Source: Saccostrea echinata (lineage: Eukaryota). Taken from it: 64,000 bases of DNA. Position numbers and translations under genes: made by a program. The notes below the pieces were generated by a model. The model did no database searches. It saw only the letters and a program-made list of their open reading frames with translations, and was not told where the DNA came from. Location: contig NW_026889803.1 in the NCBI RefSeq assembly GCF_033153115.1, positions 10,044,001 to 10,108,000 of the forward strand. Reading direction: 5' to 3'. Within the stretch, counting starts at the first letter, position 1. Each line of letters starts with the position of its first letter. Positions 1 through 15,000 of the stretch are shown one piece after another.

Positions 1-19
1 CTAGTATACTTTCTTCAAT
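1..19 (-). CDS. RBL1: RBL exon 14 (truncated by window edge)
   Basis: catttag|IEESIL, the expected continuation of KHLNxIEExIL. Confidence 0.85.
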
Positions 20-3000
20 CTAAATGAACACAACAAGCATTATACATTGGGACCTATTGTGAATATTAGGTAGCTTTATTGTTCTTAGTCATAAAACTAA
101 ATTGAGTAAAACAATGCAGAAGGGTTTTAAAGTTTACTTGCTTTAATGATATTCAATAAACTTTGATTTTTCAATGAACAGAATATACAAATTTGCAACC
201 AAATGTTTCACTTGGGTCTTGCAGAATACAAATATCCAGATGAAATAACTAGTTTGAAATCATATTTGACAATGATAATCACTGCAGTACGGAGTCATAA
301 TGTATCTGCTCAAACTATTCTCTTTACTTCCACTCTGTTCAAGATCTATCTCAAGAGACTTACATGGTTGAGATGTTTGACAACATCTCGAGATAACCCT
401 TCTTCTGTCCTGATAATTATCTCTATCACTTTGTAAAAATGGTAGGGACTAAGGTTGAAGATTTCCACTATCCAAGGAAATGACCTTAAAAAAAAACATT
501 ATTTTCCATTTATATGCCCTTAGAACTTTTATAGTATTTCATACAATAATCACTGCATTTTGGCAACTTGGGACATTTTCATAACCTCACTGCAAAACTT
601 AATGTGTTTGACATAAATTCAAATATTTTAATAAAACAATATAATTTATCACTGTATGCACATTTACAATACAATACAACTTGATAAGACATATGTTCAA
701 CTGTACAATTAAATCCGACACAGCATTTTGAGATTTTTGAAACATATATTTGGAGATTTTCAATCCATGTAACTCACCTTTGAGAGTTGTAGGAAAAGAT
801 AACAATTTCTAAACAGCAAGCAAACAATGTTCTATGGAATATATCTTGTTCCATCAGCGTCTAGAAATCAAATACAAAGTCATTATCAGCATAGCATAAC
901 CCATTTGATACCCCAATCATCTAAAAAATCTTGAGACAAAGTCAAGTGTAATCTGAATAGTAATATCTTACCGCTAGGGCTGCCTTGCCTTCTTTGTTAT
1001 CCATTCGCTTCCTCTCATTAAATAATATACTTTCTACCATTTTGTAGTACAGACATTCACCTAACTGTAGCCGTTTCTGGGCAAATTCAATTTGTGACCC
1101 TGCATGGTCCTCAGTTTCCTTAAATGTACAATTAATATTCACTCATATTAATTTAGTTGGGTTTTTCAAAATGACATATTTTTTCAAAAATGTTTTTTTT
1201 TAAATTTTTTTTTTGGCTGTTTTAAGCCTTAAAGGTTTCTTTATTGGACTTAAGGGGTAAATATACCCTCTTGAACTCAACATAACTTTGTCAATTTTGA
1301 TTTTCAAAAAGTAACCATAATTTCTGTATTCAACAGTAATAGTTTCAGAATCAATTTGACTGTTTTTTACTTTCCAGTAAAAGTTAACAGAAAATTCAAA
1401 CTTTTGTGACTTTCCAGGTAAGAAAATTATAGAAAACTAAACAGAATTCTGAGGATAAACTTTGCAATTATACCATGGTCCAAAAATGATTGACAATTCG
1501 TATTACATGTATATGCGTTTGAATTTGATTTTTTTTTTTTTTTTTTTTTGCATTGATGTTTTACTGGAAAGATTTCCTTTAAAGAAATTTTCCTTTATAC
1601 ATTGTAAATATGTAAAAACAATGAAACTAATTGCCCTATTTACCCCTTGAATAAATTTGAATCTCTGGTATAGGTCACCAAAAAACTTTTGTTTGTAGGA
1701 AATGTTTTTAATTCATAAGGAATGGATGTCAGGCCTATCTGAATCTGTTAGACCTTCATTTATAACTTACCTGTACATAATGGTTGCAGAAAATTTCACC
1801 CATTTCATCAACTCTTTCCATTATTCTTGTCTTTGGATCAGTGCCAATTTCACTACAACAGTAATTTACACATTGGTCAAATTAAGCACATTGAATATAA
1901 ATATAAATTTACTTTAATAATAAAACACTAGGTGCATTCAACTTCTATCAATTTAGGCTGATGTGACACTATCTAAACTATAAATATGTCCATAAGAAAC
2001 TGATCTAAATATAAATTGAGGAATAATGAGGTCAAGGTCATAAAGTAAGTCAAGGTCAGAAAATTTTGATACAATTAAATAATTTTTAGCAATTTATGTC
2101 ATTGTATGAGCTTCGATAAAAATTTCTTCAATAGTTTTTTTGAAACTGGTGAAGAAAAGTATAGTCAAGTTCACAGGAAAGGTCAAGGTAAAAAAAAAAT
2201 TGATACAGTTGGATAGCACACACCAACATGTATCAGTGTAGAGAGTTTGAAAAAAATATCTTGAACAGTTTCTCTGACAATGAGGCTAAACTCAAAGTGT
2301 AACAGACAAACAGCTGGAAGATGAACATGACAAACATTATATCTCTAGGTAACAAACCCCGTATTAATTCTCGTCACTAAATTTTCTGCTTTGCATCTGC
2401 AATTAAATACAGCATTTTTATTACCAAGAGTCCAACCTAGCAAATATTACCAAGATGTTGGGCCAAATTACACTTATTCATTTCATATGATTCTTTGCCA
2501 ATATTTTATTGAAAAAATTATTGAAGTTCCCCCACAGTTTATGTGTTCTGTAGCATCGGCACAAGGAAAATAAATGCAGAACTTTGGTACACAAATATAC
2601 TGCATTTACTTGACGATCTTGTTTCAGATCCATCAGAAAATTACACAACAAAGAGAATTATTCTCAAATAAATCTAATATTCATGCCAAGGTCACGGTCT
2701 GTCAATACTGGTTGTAAGTACAGTTACACAAAAATGAATAAAAAAAAATCATATGTATCTTTTAAACAGTTAATTCTGTTTTAATCAGTTTTTGGAGATC
2801 AAACATAGAGAAAGCCAATTTAAACAAACCAATTCAATTTCACTGAATAAAAAATTGGCCTTATTATTTCTTTTTATTTAGAGTTGAGATGAGGAGGTGT
2901 ACAGTGGACTGAGAGATCATTTAAAAATTCCTGTTCTTCTTATGTTCATTTAACTGATACTTGAATTGTGTGCACTAAATTTCCTGTGTCAAATTTATTT

Positions 3001-6000
3001 CTAAAGAAGAAGCATGTCAGGTTTAATACCTCCACACTTCATTGGAAATTTCAAGTGTTTACTCAAATAATTACAATCAATTTAACAATTTCTTTTTTCT
3101 CAATTTATCTCAAAACTTCAAAGAATGAACTATGCTTTCATACAAATCACTATACTCTATCAAATTCTGTATTTATTAGCAATTAAAAGTGCTTCTTTTT
3201 TAATTGAGTTTTAGCATTATTCAAATGAATGAACAAGTTTTTATCATCATGGGTGAGTCATAATTGCCATTCTAACCTGCCCAAATAACTTACAGAAATT
3301 GGACAGTGACCAGAAACATATTGAATTTCCTTATTTTCATTTTCACCCTAGTGTTCGCGTTCTTAAAAAAAAACTTTTTGTCTCTAAAAGGCATACTATA
3401 GAAAGTGACTACTGATCAAAAACTGCAAATCAGCAAGTTCTTTTAGATTTAAATCTATGTAAAACTCAATTGTTTCTTAAATGTTTCCTTAGAAAACAAA
3501 AGACTACATCAAAATTTAAAAAAAAAAAAAAAAAGCTTTAGAGAAAAAAAATCTTCCCCGTTGTGACAAACTCAATTTTTTTCCAGATTCTTTGGCTGCA
3601 CAAACAATAAACACATCTGCATGTTACCTCTGTTTTTTTTTTTATTATTGAAAAAGATTTCCTTTTTTTCCCTTACTTACAGAATTTTGACTGATTTAAG
3701 AAAAGTTGCACTTGGCACTACTTGGGAGTAGGGGTGGTGGTGTTACAGCACCATTAAGCCATTCCAAATTTTTTCTAAGCTTATTGTCTGTGTGCACCTT
3801 GGATTTTGACACCCAATATCAGAAAAAAACAAACAAAATCAGGAGTCCTGAAATTGATTATTCTGGTTGAAATCTTTAATTCTGTCAATTTCTCTATATA
3901 TCTGTCTTCAATATGTCATATTAGATATATTTTGAGCATTTGAAACCTTGATTTTGAATAGATCTTTCTACAAGAAAACTAGATCGATGACTGTAAAGTC
4001 TGTTGTTTAGTTTTACGCTTGTGAGTGTTTTTTTTTTTTTTGGAATAGGTAGGTAGTTTTTGAAAGACGGGTGGATGCTAAATATTCAGTATAAAAGGAA
4101 ATCAAAGGCTTTTATATTTTTCCCTTCAAATTCATTTTTACAGAATAAAGTACCTTAATATTCTCTAGGCTTTGTAAACACCAACTAGAATTGTAGGAAT
4201 TGCATTTTGAAACTTCATCAAGAAGATTACTTTATTTCAGTAGCCATGGCAACAATATTCATTGAAAACATCGAAAAACAAGAGGTTCATAGGTCACAAT
4301 GTTTATCTGATTCACCTTGATTTTCTTGTTCTTCATCAAAAGATTTTTTTGTTTATTCCTATGGAAAATTTTGACCCCATACTCTGGCCCCAAGATAGTG
4401 AAGATACTAGTAGCCCAAAGGGGTTATGATTTTAATGTTCACAAAAAGGGATGGTTCAACATCAATATGACAAACATGGTCTTACTTTTTGGGAGAATAT
4501 CTTTTATAATTTTATACACATTTTTCCTGTATACTTGCAATATTAAACTTTGATCCCAAATATTAACCAAACCATAGCTCAAAGGCCCATGTCTTAAAAA
4601 AAAACAAACTAAAACTATAATTTTAAGTGGCCCTGCTATTTCCCACATAATCCTAAATAATCCATATCTATATCTTTCAATGTGCCCATGCTACCCTTTT
4701 TTTTTTGATAATAAATTTCCAATGTATTCCTAAATAAGACTCTGGACCCCTATTGTGGCCCCACCCTACACTTGGGGACTATGCATTGAACAAACTTGAA
4801 TATGCACTACCTGGGGATACTTGCCTATAAATATGACTTAATATGGCCCTGCTGTCCTTGAGCCAAGTTTATTAAGATTTTTTCCTTATATATCCCAATG
4901 TAAAACTATGATCTCCTACTGTCGTCTCAACCTACCCCCGATGAAAAAACATGAATCTGGACTATCTGGGACCACTTGCATGTGTGGCTAATAATGGACT
5001 CACTGTTTGTTTGTTTGTTTTTTTTTTCTTTTTCTTGAAAGGAGGATTTTCCTGTACACTATCATTTAAAATTTTGATTGTCTTTTGTGGCCCCATCATA
5101 ACACCTGGATCAATGATTTGAACAAACTTGAATCTACATTATGTCAGAAAGCTTTCAAACAAGTTTCATCTTTTCTGGCCCAATGGTTCTTGAGAAGATT
5201 TTTTTAAAGAAATTCACTCTATGTTTAGCCTTTATTTTTAGCCTTTTCTTGATCATCTCCCCTTTCAGAGGTCATGGTATGTTATTGAACAAATCTGAAT
5301 CCCCTTCACTCAAAAAGTTGCTTTGTACTATAGGTGATCAGACCTTTGGTTTAGATGAGCTAAAAATAAATTTAGGATCTAGCATCTTCATATAGTCAAA
5401 TTGTGTTCCAAGTTTCACTGAAATCATACATGAACTGTAAAATGAATGGGAACTTAAAACAGATTTTCTATATATTTAATAAACACAGCAACATTGTTTA
5501 TAACCTCAATATCCAATCAAAGATTTATCTTCAATGTTATCTACTTTTATAATAACCAACTTTTATTGGAAATCAGATCATTGTAGGAGGAGCAGCTTTT
5601 AAGTAAGTTAACAGAGAAATGGCTGGATGACAGACAAATAACTAACACATAAGCTGTCCTGGTCTTCTACCAGCAGGACTAATGTAACCATTCTGTATGT
5701 ATAACTAGTAGATAATTTATGTACACTGTAAATTTGAGCTCTCTTAAAAGAATCGTAAGTTTATTATACCTTATAACTTTTTAAAAGCTCCATCAGGGAT
5801 AAGTAAAGAATAACATGTACTTTATCACCTACAACTCTCTTACAAGATAGTCTAACAAGTAACAATCACCTACAACGCTCTTACATGATAGACTATAACA
5901 AGTTACAATCTCCAAAATGCCTTTTAGTTACTCAGCAAAATATACTTTATTTGTCCACAGTATCAATCTGATAGCTCTTGAAAACACTAAATCAAACTGT

Positions 6001-9000
6001 ATGGACAACGACATAGGTATTAGTATACCTTAAATACTGACCACTATGAATTTAAAATTTAACATTATACCTACCTAAATATATCCAGCAGGTCATCACT
6101 AGGTAGTGCTTTGCGTCCCACTAACAGACTCTGTAGTTTGCCGACACTCTGTGTGGCGGTGGAGACTGGTGTGGTACTCACATCCTTCTCCTTCAGGTAC
6201 CGCCGGCCCGTCAGAGGTGTGGAGGGGGCTAACGACCTTGTCTGTTCAAATGAAAGAGAGTAACAAGGACTATCAGTAAATGGCCAGACACTGTGATTCA
6301 GACAAACACAGCGGACAGCTTTTTTGTGCCTGGATGTATTTTTCCTGCACTGATTTTGAAAACGCAGCTGTGGTCTCACAAAGTTGTAGCCCCCTGGGTT
6401 CTGTCCTTCATAGATGACCATCATATTAGATTTATTTCCTGCATATTCAAGAGAACATTCACTGCATAGTCTGTTTCATAAAGATAGCAATGATACAGTT
6501 CAGTGTCAGCTCATAAGGAAACTGATCATTCTACACTAACAAAGCCTATATAAGTTTTATTGCTGCTGGAAGTTGTCCAAATTTATCCATGAAATTTTTT
6601 TTTTTGGTTTTGTTTTCTCTGTGCTAAAAACACATGATCCTATCTTTCAATCACAGGGTCTCCATCATTGTTTGTAATTTAAACATCTGCTAATTTCTTT
6701 ATAATCACTTTGTTTTGAAACCAATGAGTTTTAAATCCTGCTTTTCACAATTTGATGGGTGATCCACAACTGTCAAATGAACTTTTGAGGACTAAATGAC
6801 TAATTAACAGTGGGTGATAGTCCTTCCTTTAGGAAATAAATCCTGTCTGATCAGCACAATCAGCTGATTTCCTTTGTTAGCACAGCGAGAGGGAAAACCT
6901 GCCTAAACCTGTTGTCTACCTGTAGATGTTGCAGGAATCAATAGTCATTTAATAATAATATTTGTATCACCAAGCTCTCCAAATTACTCAGTCTCTAGTA
7001 TTCTAATCAGATTCATTAGTTATTATGATGATTATAAAGTTTAAATATTAAAATGCAATCAAACTTTCATACATTTTTTTCTCAATCTAATGAAAGTTAA
7101 ACAATACAATTATTAATGGTTTTCTCCCTAGATAAGATTACTTTTTTCCCTAGAATTCAAAAGATACTAGATTTTTTTTTTTTTTGGAAATGTCTCTTCT
7201 ATAAAATCTATTTCAATTATTTTGGATACATTTCCTTTTAACATGTTTAAGATTCAAATTGATTCTCTCTTTTGTTAAATGTAATAACCAAAGCATATAA
7301 TAATAATAATAATCAATGCATCCCACTAAATATTTTCTTTGATTTGCTAAATGTCAACATAATTTTTCATTCACACCAGCAAACCAACTAAATCGATTTT
7401 ACCAAGGGATAATTGATGAAGCCCAAAGTTCTTGGAAAATGCTGTATATTCCTGATTTTTGTAGCCTTTATAATACTTTGACACACAGAAGGTGAAACTA
7501 CATTGAAACTTGATAAAAAGCATTAGATCCCATGTAACATGGCTTCACTGAGAATAGTAATTACCAGTAAAGTGTGCCTGTTTTAAAGACATAAATATAA
7601 GGTAACAATAGGGAGTTATCAATCCCGGACCACATTAAAGTTTGTGTCCTGCAGAGTCCCACCACTTTTAAATGCTGGGACACCAAATCCAGGCATAACA
7701 CTGCCCAACTGGACAGCGGCCAATGCTTTTTGCCTCTTCTTCCAGTACTAGCTAAAACCTGCCTCAATCGAGCATTTCACACACACAAAGGAAACGTGAA
7801 CAAAGCTGACTGATTTTTGTTTTAAACAACCTTTGCAGAAAACTAGCAGTGTTCAGAAATATTTCATGCTTTTGTTGTAATGATTAGGCAGAAGAAAGTG
7901 AATCTAATATGTACTAATATCTTATACCTGTGACCCCCTTGTGTACTTTGTTAGGTATACAATTATAGAATTTAGACAAGGACAGCTGATCAAATGTAAA
8001 TGGTTTTACGATGGGTTAGTGATATCTCAGCCAAAGTTCAACAGAACATCCATATCCATCTCCAAGTATACAATAAGTTAAGAACCAAAGTACATATTAC
8101 ATCATTTATATCAACCACATATTAATCACATTGTTTCTCTGAGGAACAGATGTGGTTTTATTTTCAGAAATTTGAACAAATGCAGTATGTGTATCAGACG
8201 ACAGAAATTGAATAAAGATCATCAGATCAATACACATAAGTTTATTTCTGACAAGTCAATGGGTCAGCAAGATCTTTTAAGTTAAAAAAAAAAAACAACT
8301 TTAGTTTGACTTGCTCTTGCTAGTGCATTTTTTTAGTTTCTTACATATCAATCAAGGTCATAAAACATTGGATAGCAAACCAAAGTTTCATCTTTTTCTG
8401 TAACTTGACAATTCTAATGCTATCAAGAGTTTCTTATAATAATTTATTTATATGTAAATTTACTTCAACTAACTTTAAATAGCATATTTATGACAAACAG
8501 AATTAATTGGAACTTATGTAATGACCCTATACTGACCTCATCAAAATGTTGCTGTAGATTGGCCTGAAGTCTTTCTGCCAGTTCCCCTGTGCCTTCCTCT
8601 CTATATTTAGTGGGGGTTCCTATTTCCTCATCAGCTTCGCTGCCCAAAAACACTCTTTCATCAAAATCACCAACACTTAACACATAGGCTTCGTATTCAT
8701 TATTAATGCATTTGCTGAAATAAAAGGAGAGAAAAAAATCAGGATTTAAAAAAAAAAAATTTAAGATTTTTCTTTTTTCCGGAAATGAGAAAGAAATCTC
8801 TAAATTCTGGAAAAGGAATATATTGTACCATAGATTTTTTTCTTCAAATTCAGTACTAGTCAGGTACCCCCACTACTTTCATATTGTAATCACATATAAA
8901 TCAGAAAGACATATTCGCATCTATATATTTTGTTTGTCAAATCAACTAACCTGCTATAATTTAAGGGGTATTCTTCATATGCTTCACTTATAGATTTTCT

Positions 9001-12000
9001 GAAAATTATTCAAAATATACTATTACTGTAGTTGCATTTTTCCAGATTTCAAGTTAGTTAAAACAGTGCTCGACAAGTTAATTTTTTTTTTTAGGGAGAA
9101 AAAATGTATGCCAATTTATACCAATTTCACAGACCTATTTCAATCAGTCAAGAGCATGGAATTTGTTTCAAGTTAATGCTTTAAATTTTAAATCAATTTC
9201 AATTACCAACAATCTAAAAAGGTCTGCATGAAAAAAAAACTAAACCATAATAGAAAAAATTTGCCACAGTAATCAAACAAATTCCTTTCAATGTCACCAT
9301 GATGAAGCAAATGTGTGATTAATATATCTAAAACAGCAAGGCTTAGGGGTAAACAGATGCATAAAATGTGTTAAAAGGGGTTAGTAGCAGTGAGGAGATA
9401 TAATTACCAGTACAAATCAATGTCTAGCTAAATGTTCCTAAAAAGCATATATGTAAAATTAAAATCAAGTATCAATAATTCAGATATATATTTTTAAAAA
9501 ATATTCTTTTCCTCTTTTTTATAATTGAATGTTGAAACCCATCCACCCACCCTTTCCAAATAAAAATGGAAATTTAAAATAATGTGTAGTACATGTTTTA
9601 ACTATGTTATTAAGTCACTTATTCTAGAAGAGGTGGAGAGGCTGGAATCACTTAAATATCAATGCATGAAACTTTCTCATCTTGAAAATTTGGAATCCAC
9701 TTCAATTATTTTACAGATAAGGGGTCTCTTGTGAAATTAGAAGTATTGCATACATGTACCGGTATCTTTATTGCAGTGTTTGGCATGCATATATAAGTTA
9801 ACAATCATTTGGAAATTCTCTGAAATCTTAAAAAGTTATTGTAATTGTTTCTTCATGAAAGAAAATAAACATGAATTTGCTTACAGAGCAGTTAAATAAA
9901 GCTATAAACCATCACACGGACAAAAGAGGGACCTGAATTAAAGGGACAGATAAGTATCTTCTGGAACAGAGCAGAAATTAAACAGCGACTGTTTTATAGT
10001 TTTCAATCACAAAGCCTGGCTTTTAAAGAGGGTTTTATTCTTTGTAGATTATTCAATCACTTTATGATTTTAGTCTCTCTCTCTCTCTCTGATACTAATC
10101 TAAAACCTCACCATCTAAAGCCTCACATTTTGTTGTTAATTATTCCTGCAGGTCAAGATAGAAATTCCTGAGTGTTATTGAACTGAAATTCTGTATTTCA
10201 AATTCCATTTGAATTCAAGCAATTCATGTTTTATCAAATATATTAAGTTACTGGGAAAATCTTTTATAAAAAAGGAGAATTGTTAAAGCATAAAAAGATT
10301 ACATCATGTCCAAATAACAATCTAATTAAAATTAGACTTGTAATTTTCACTCCTCTACGATACGCTTTGAAGCGTATCGTAGAGGAGCGAAAATTACAAG
10401 TCTAATTTTAATTAGATTGGTCCAAATAACATTTTGACAGGTTTAATTTCTCTTTTTATTTCTTAAAGTAAAGAACTCTCTCATTTTAGTACGACTGTAT
10501 TTTCTTCAGTGTAAGAACAATTTTTATCAGTTGACCATATTATCTCAGTAGTTATCACGACAAAAAAAAAATGTAATCCTATGTGAAATTTTTTTTGTAC
10601 CTAAAGCAATTGGATGAGAAATATTTCTTTATTTTGTACCCTTACACCAGTGTGTCAATCTAAGATATATCAAAGCTCAAAATTGTATCAAACATGAAAT
10701 TAAACACACTATACAGGTTAATGTTATAGAGAAAATATTCCTTGCATNNNNNNNNNNNNNNNNNNNNNNNNNNNNNNNNNNNNNNNNNNNNNNNNNNNNN
10801 NNNNNNNNNNNNNNNNNNNNNNNNNNNNNNNNNNNNNNNNNNNNNNNNNNNNNNNNNNNNNNNNNNNNNNNNNNNNNAATTTACAGCTGTGAACTTTTTT
10901 TTCTCCTTAGAGCCCTACTAATACTTGCTGCTGCTTGAAAAACAATTTTTGGCTTCTTTTGTTGATAATGATTTTGAAATTGGACATTTCTGGCAAACAA
11001 CGAGATATACATAATGTTAATATTTTGTATGAAGTTGTATTTCTTAAATACCCTCAAATGGATAAAAAGAAACTTGTGTCTGTAGTTTACACATAAGTTT
11101 GATCTGTTAGAGTCAAGGAACTACAACAAATGTAAACATAGTTAATGACCTTTCTTGGTAAATTGTCGACCAGCCAAAAAGCATGCAACAATGAAGGTAT
11201 TTTTCCCTCTTTCAGATCCTACATGAACACACTAGTTCTGGTTTTAAATTTGGCTTAAAAGTTTTGCTCTATTAAAGTTATCATGCTATCATTGTGACAA
11301 TTTTAAAAACTTAATGACAATGAAAGAGAGAGATAATTTAGTACAAGCACATCAAGAGAGAGATCAGTTTGAGTCAAGAAATGAAGGGTTTTTCAAAAGA
11401 ATAAACTATGGTTATACATAGTTTAAACACCTTTTACTTTGGTAAATAACATCATTGCTCCTTCATGATAATGTCATCACCTTAAAATTTCAACTTATGT
11501 ATAAAACATCTTGGCCCCAGGGGCAATGGTTTGAAGAACTCAAGGAGCTTTCTCATAGGTGTCAATTTTGATTCAATGGGTCTTGAAAATATTTTGAAAT
11601 TACCGATCCTATTGTCATTATTTCTTAAATACCCCCTCTTTGGAATGAGCAACGTCCTTTTTTGGGAAAAAAAATGAGCTCACTAAACTAAAAGTTATTG
11701 TCTGAAAATAGCTTTTTGCAACACATGCATTTCTGATCTTCGCCTTTGCCCTCAAGATCAATAAAGGTCATCTTTAGGTCAATGGGAGTCATGATATAAA
11801 TTTTACAGCAAAAGCTCAAAGAGGAACTAGTTAACATCTGGAAACCATTTTATGCAAAACATAAATTTCTGACCTTGACCTTTGACCTTCAGATCTCAAA
11901 TTACTAGTACCAGGTAATCTCTAAGTTACAGGGAGTTAAAAAACAATCATTGCAAAAGCTAAATGAATTTTTGAGATATCGTCTGGAGACCAAAGTGCAA

Positions 12001-15000
12001 CACACCAAATGACAGCTTTTAGCAAATGAGGGAGACAAAACTGAATATTTTGGTGAGTTCAGAATTACAATACATCTTCAGTCAGATGCATTATTATAGT
12101 AGGCTGAAGATGTATTTGTGAACTTGAAAGCTTTTCTGTTTTTCTAAAATTTAAAAACCACACAGTCAAAATGAACAGCCTAGCAAACAAATTCAAAGAA
12201 TTGTGGTCCCCCGATTTCAGTGCCTCAGTGGTTGGGATGCAGTTATTATGGCACATTGTAACTGTCTTGTTTGTGTGTCCTTCAAACTTCTAGACCAAGG
12301 TCATGAAGTCAAAAATGATAATCTTTGATTTTCATAAACACCTCTCCCCTCTCTTCATGTCTTTTATGAATGTTTGGGATGCTAAACGTATGGCTTTTCA
12401 ATTTCCCCCCAATTACAAGTTACCCTGCCATTTTCCTTCAACAACATTATTTTGCACGCTTGTTCAATATTAGGCCAAGATATATAAATAGTGTGTTTCC
12501 TATTCCAACCTGAGAAAAAATAGGGTAGGTAGGTAGGGAAAACATTTTATTTTATTTTAATATTTTATTGGCAAGCAAGCTACCATTTTCCCTGGGGAAA
12601 TCGCTGTCAAAACATTTCTGATTAATGTGTATAGGATATGCATTTTCTGAAACACGGAAGTGAGCAAGATTAGGATTTCTAATAGTGAAACTGGAATAGT
12701 TTACTCCTGAAAAGATATCTGCAGATAATTTTTATAGGGTCGGCCCATATATTTTAGGGTCGGTCGGGGGACCGGAAACACACAATTTATTTATCTAGAC
12801 CTTAGTTATTACTACAATTTTCCCCAGAATTACATTTATTTCAGAGTTGTCGAAATTTTTAAATCACTGTCAGACATTCTGACAAAGTCAAATGTATCTG
12901 ACGAAGTTTTGTCAGACTAGTTACATAATTATACCTTATTTTGTACACTGAGAAAGGAAAATAAACAACTGCACCAAAATGCCCTTTATCATTTTCAACA
13001 GCCTTCGATTTAACAAGTTTCTTTTCTAAAGTCCTAAATCAAAGACACAATAACGATTGATGTCTCTGCTTTTTTTTTTTTTTTTCTTTTTTTTTTTGAG
13101 TTTGATCTACCATTGTCACCATGCTTTAACTGGCATTGCAAACAGGACTGATGGTTTTTGCCAACTCTGTTATTCACATTTAACTTATGAAAATCTACAG
13201 CAGTGTCCCATTTACTATTTTCTGGCCATACAATTTACACACAATTGTTGACAGATAATTTTTAAATGACGTATATTAAACAATTGCTTTTACATCATAT
13301 TTTACCAAAATATATCATTTTGCCCTGCAAAAGAGCAGTACCTCAGATATCGTGAAACAGTCTATTGTGACCCCACTCTCCCAAGGGAAGCATGATTGGA
13401 ACATATTTTAATCTGCATTATTTGATGATGCTTGCATATATTTATATGACTAATCATGGCCCTGCGAAGATTTTTAAAGAATTTTCTTTTATATTCCATA
13501 TAAAACTTTTGATCCCTTATTGTGGCCCCACCCTATCCCCAGGGGCCATGATATGAACAAACTTGAATCTGCACAAGCTGAGGATGTTTCCATATTAATG
13601 ACCAATCGTGGCCCTGCTGTTCTTAAGATTATAAAAAAATTGTTCTTAGTTATATATTAACATGAAAATTTTATCCTCTTCTTTGGCTCAACCCTATCCC
13701 AGGGGGTCATGATTTGAGCAAACTTGAACCTACACTACTCTAGAATGCATCCATATAAATATGACTAATCATGGCTTTGCTGTTCTTGAGAAGAACATTT
13801 TAAAAGATTTTTCTTACATATTCCTATGTAAATCTTTGATAGCTCATTGTGGCCTCAACCTACCCCTGGGTGTCATGATTTGAACAAACTTAAATCTGCA
13901 CTACCTGAGGATGCCTCCATATTAATATGACCAATCAGGCAATGCTGATTTTTGAAAAGAAGACTTTAAAAGATTTCTTCCTATATATTTACATGTAAAC
14001 TTTGATTCTCTTTTGTGGCCCCACCCTATCTCTGGGAGCATGATTTGAATAAACTTGAATCGACACGACATCAGGAAGCTTTCATATATTAGTTTCACAC
14101 GAGTAACTAAGACCCAAGAATTACTTTCGTTCAATGTCATGACACACGCAAGTCATAAGTAATCTTTGTGTGATGTATTAACTTCCAATTTTTTTAATTT
14201 AGAATGTTATGAGCCGGATATTTCACTTTTTCTGCCAGTGACCTTACCCAATTGACCTTAGGTCAAGATTTTGACAGTGACCTTGAACTTACCCGAATAA
14301 CTTTAGGTCAGGGTCTACACACATCCTTAGGTTATTAGCAAATTTGTCTAAAGTGTTATCTTCAGATGTTTTTCCATTAAAAAATTCAGACCCAGATACG
14401 CTCATACAGACATGACAGAGATGGACAAGCTGATTCCTATATACCCCACAAAGATTGTTTATTTGTTAAGGGTGGGGATGTTGTAAAATCGTATTTTGAG
14501 CATGACTACCTCGAACTAAACAATGTCATCTTTTTTAACATCATTTTTTGCTCTTTGAAAATCTAATGTCACTTTTTCCAAAGCCTGACTTTGTATTGAG
14601 TGTCACTTAGCAGACAGTAATTTGACATTTTCCTTCGTAAGTACACTCCTTCCTTAAAATTCAACCCTCTGCTTGGCTGATATATGAAGTTTCTTACTTT
14701 AGGTCACACAATACATGGAACAATTTGTTTACCCTACACCTAAGTCCTCTCTATACATAAAGCACTATGTCAATATCATGCAATACTTACATGAACAGTC
14801 AAGAATTAAGCAGCAAATACATGTAGAAATCTTTGAAATTGGTTTAGGCTTTGGTTATATATTAGACTATCTACAAAGCAACTACCATCTAAGATTTGAC
14901 AGCACAATCAAAACAACTACACCACACACAAAATACATGTATCTACTCACTTGTTGGCATCAAAGTTGCCAACTTCCAAGACTGCTGACAGTGTCTCTGG

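Noticed and set aside
6242-6424. 5' extension of ORF 6071-6424
   Set aside because: Homology starts at the 6241 acceptor; the upstream part is intron
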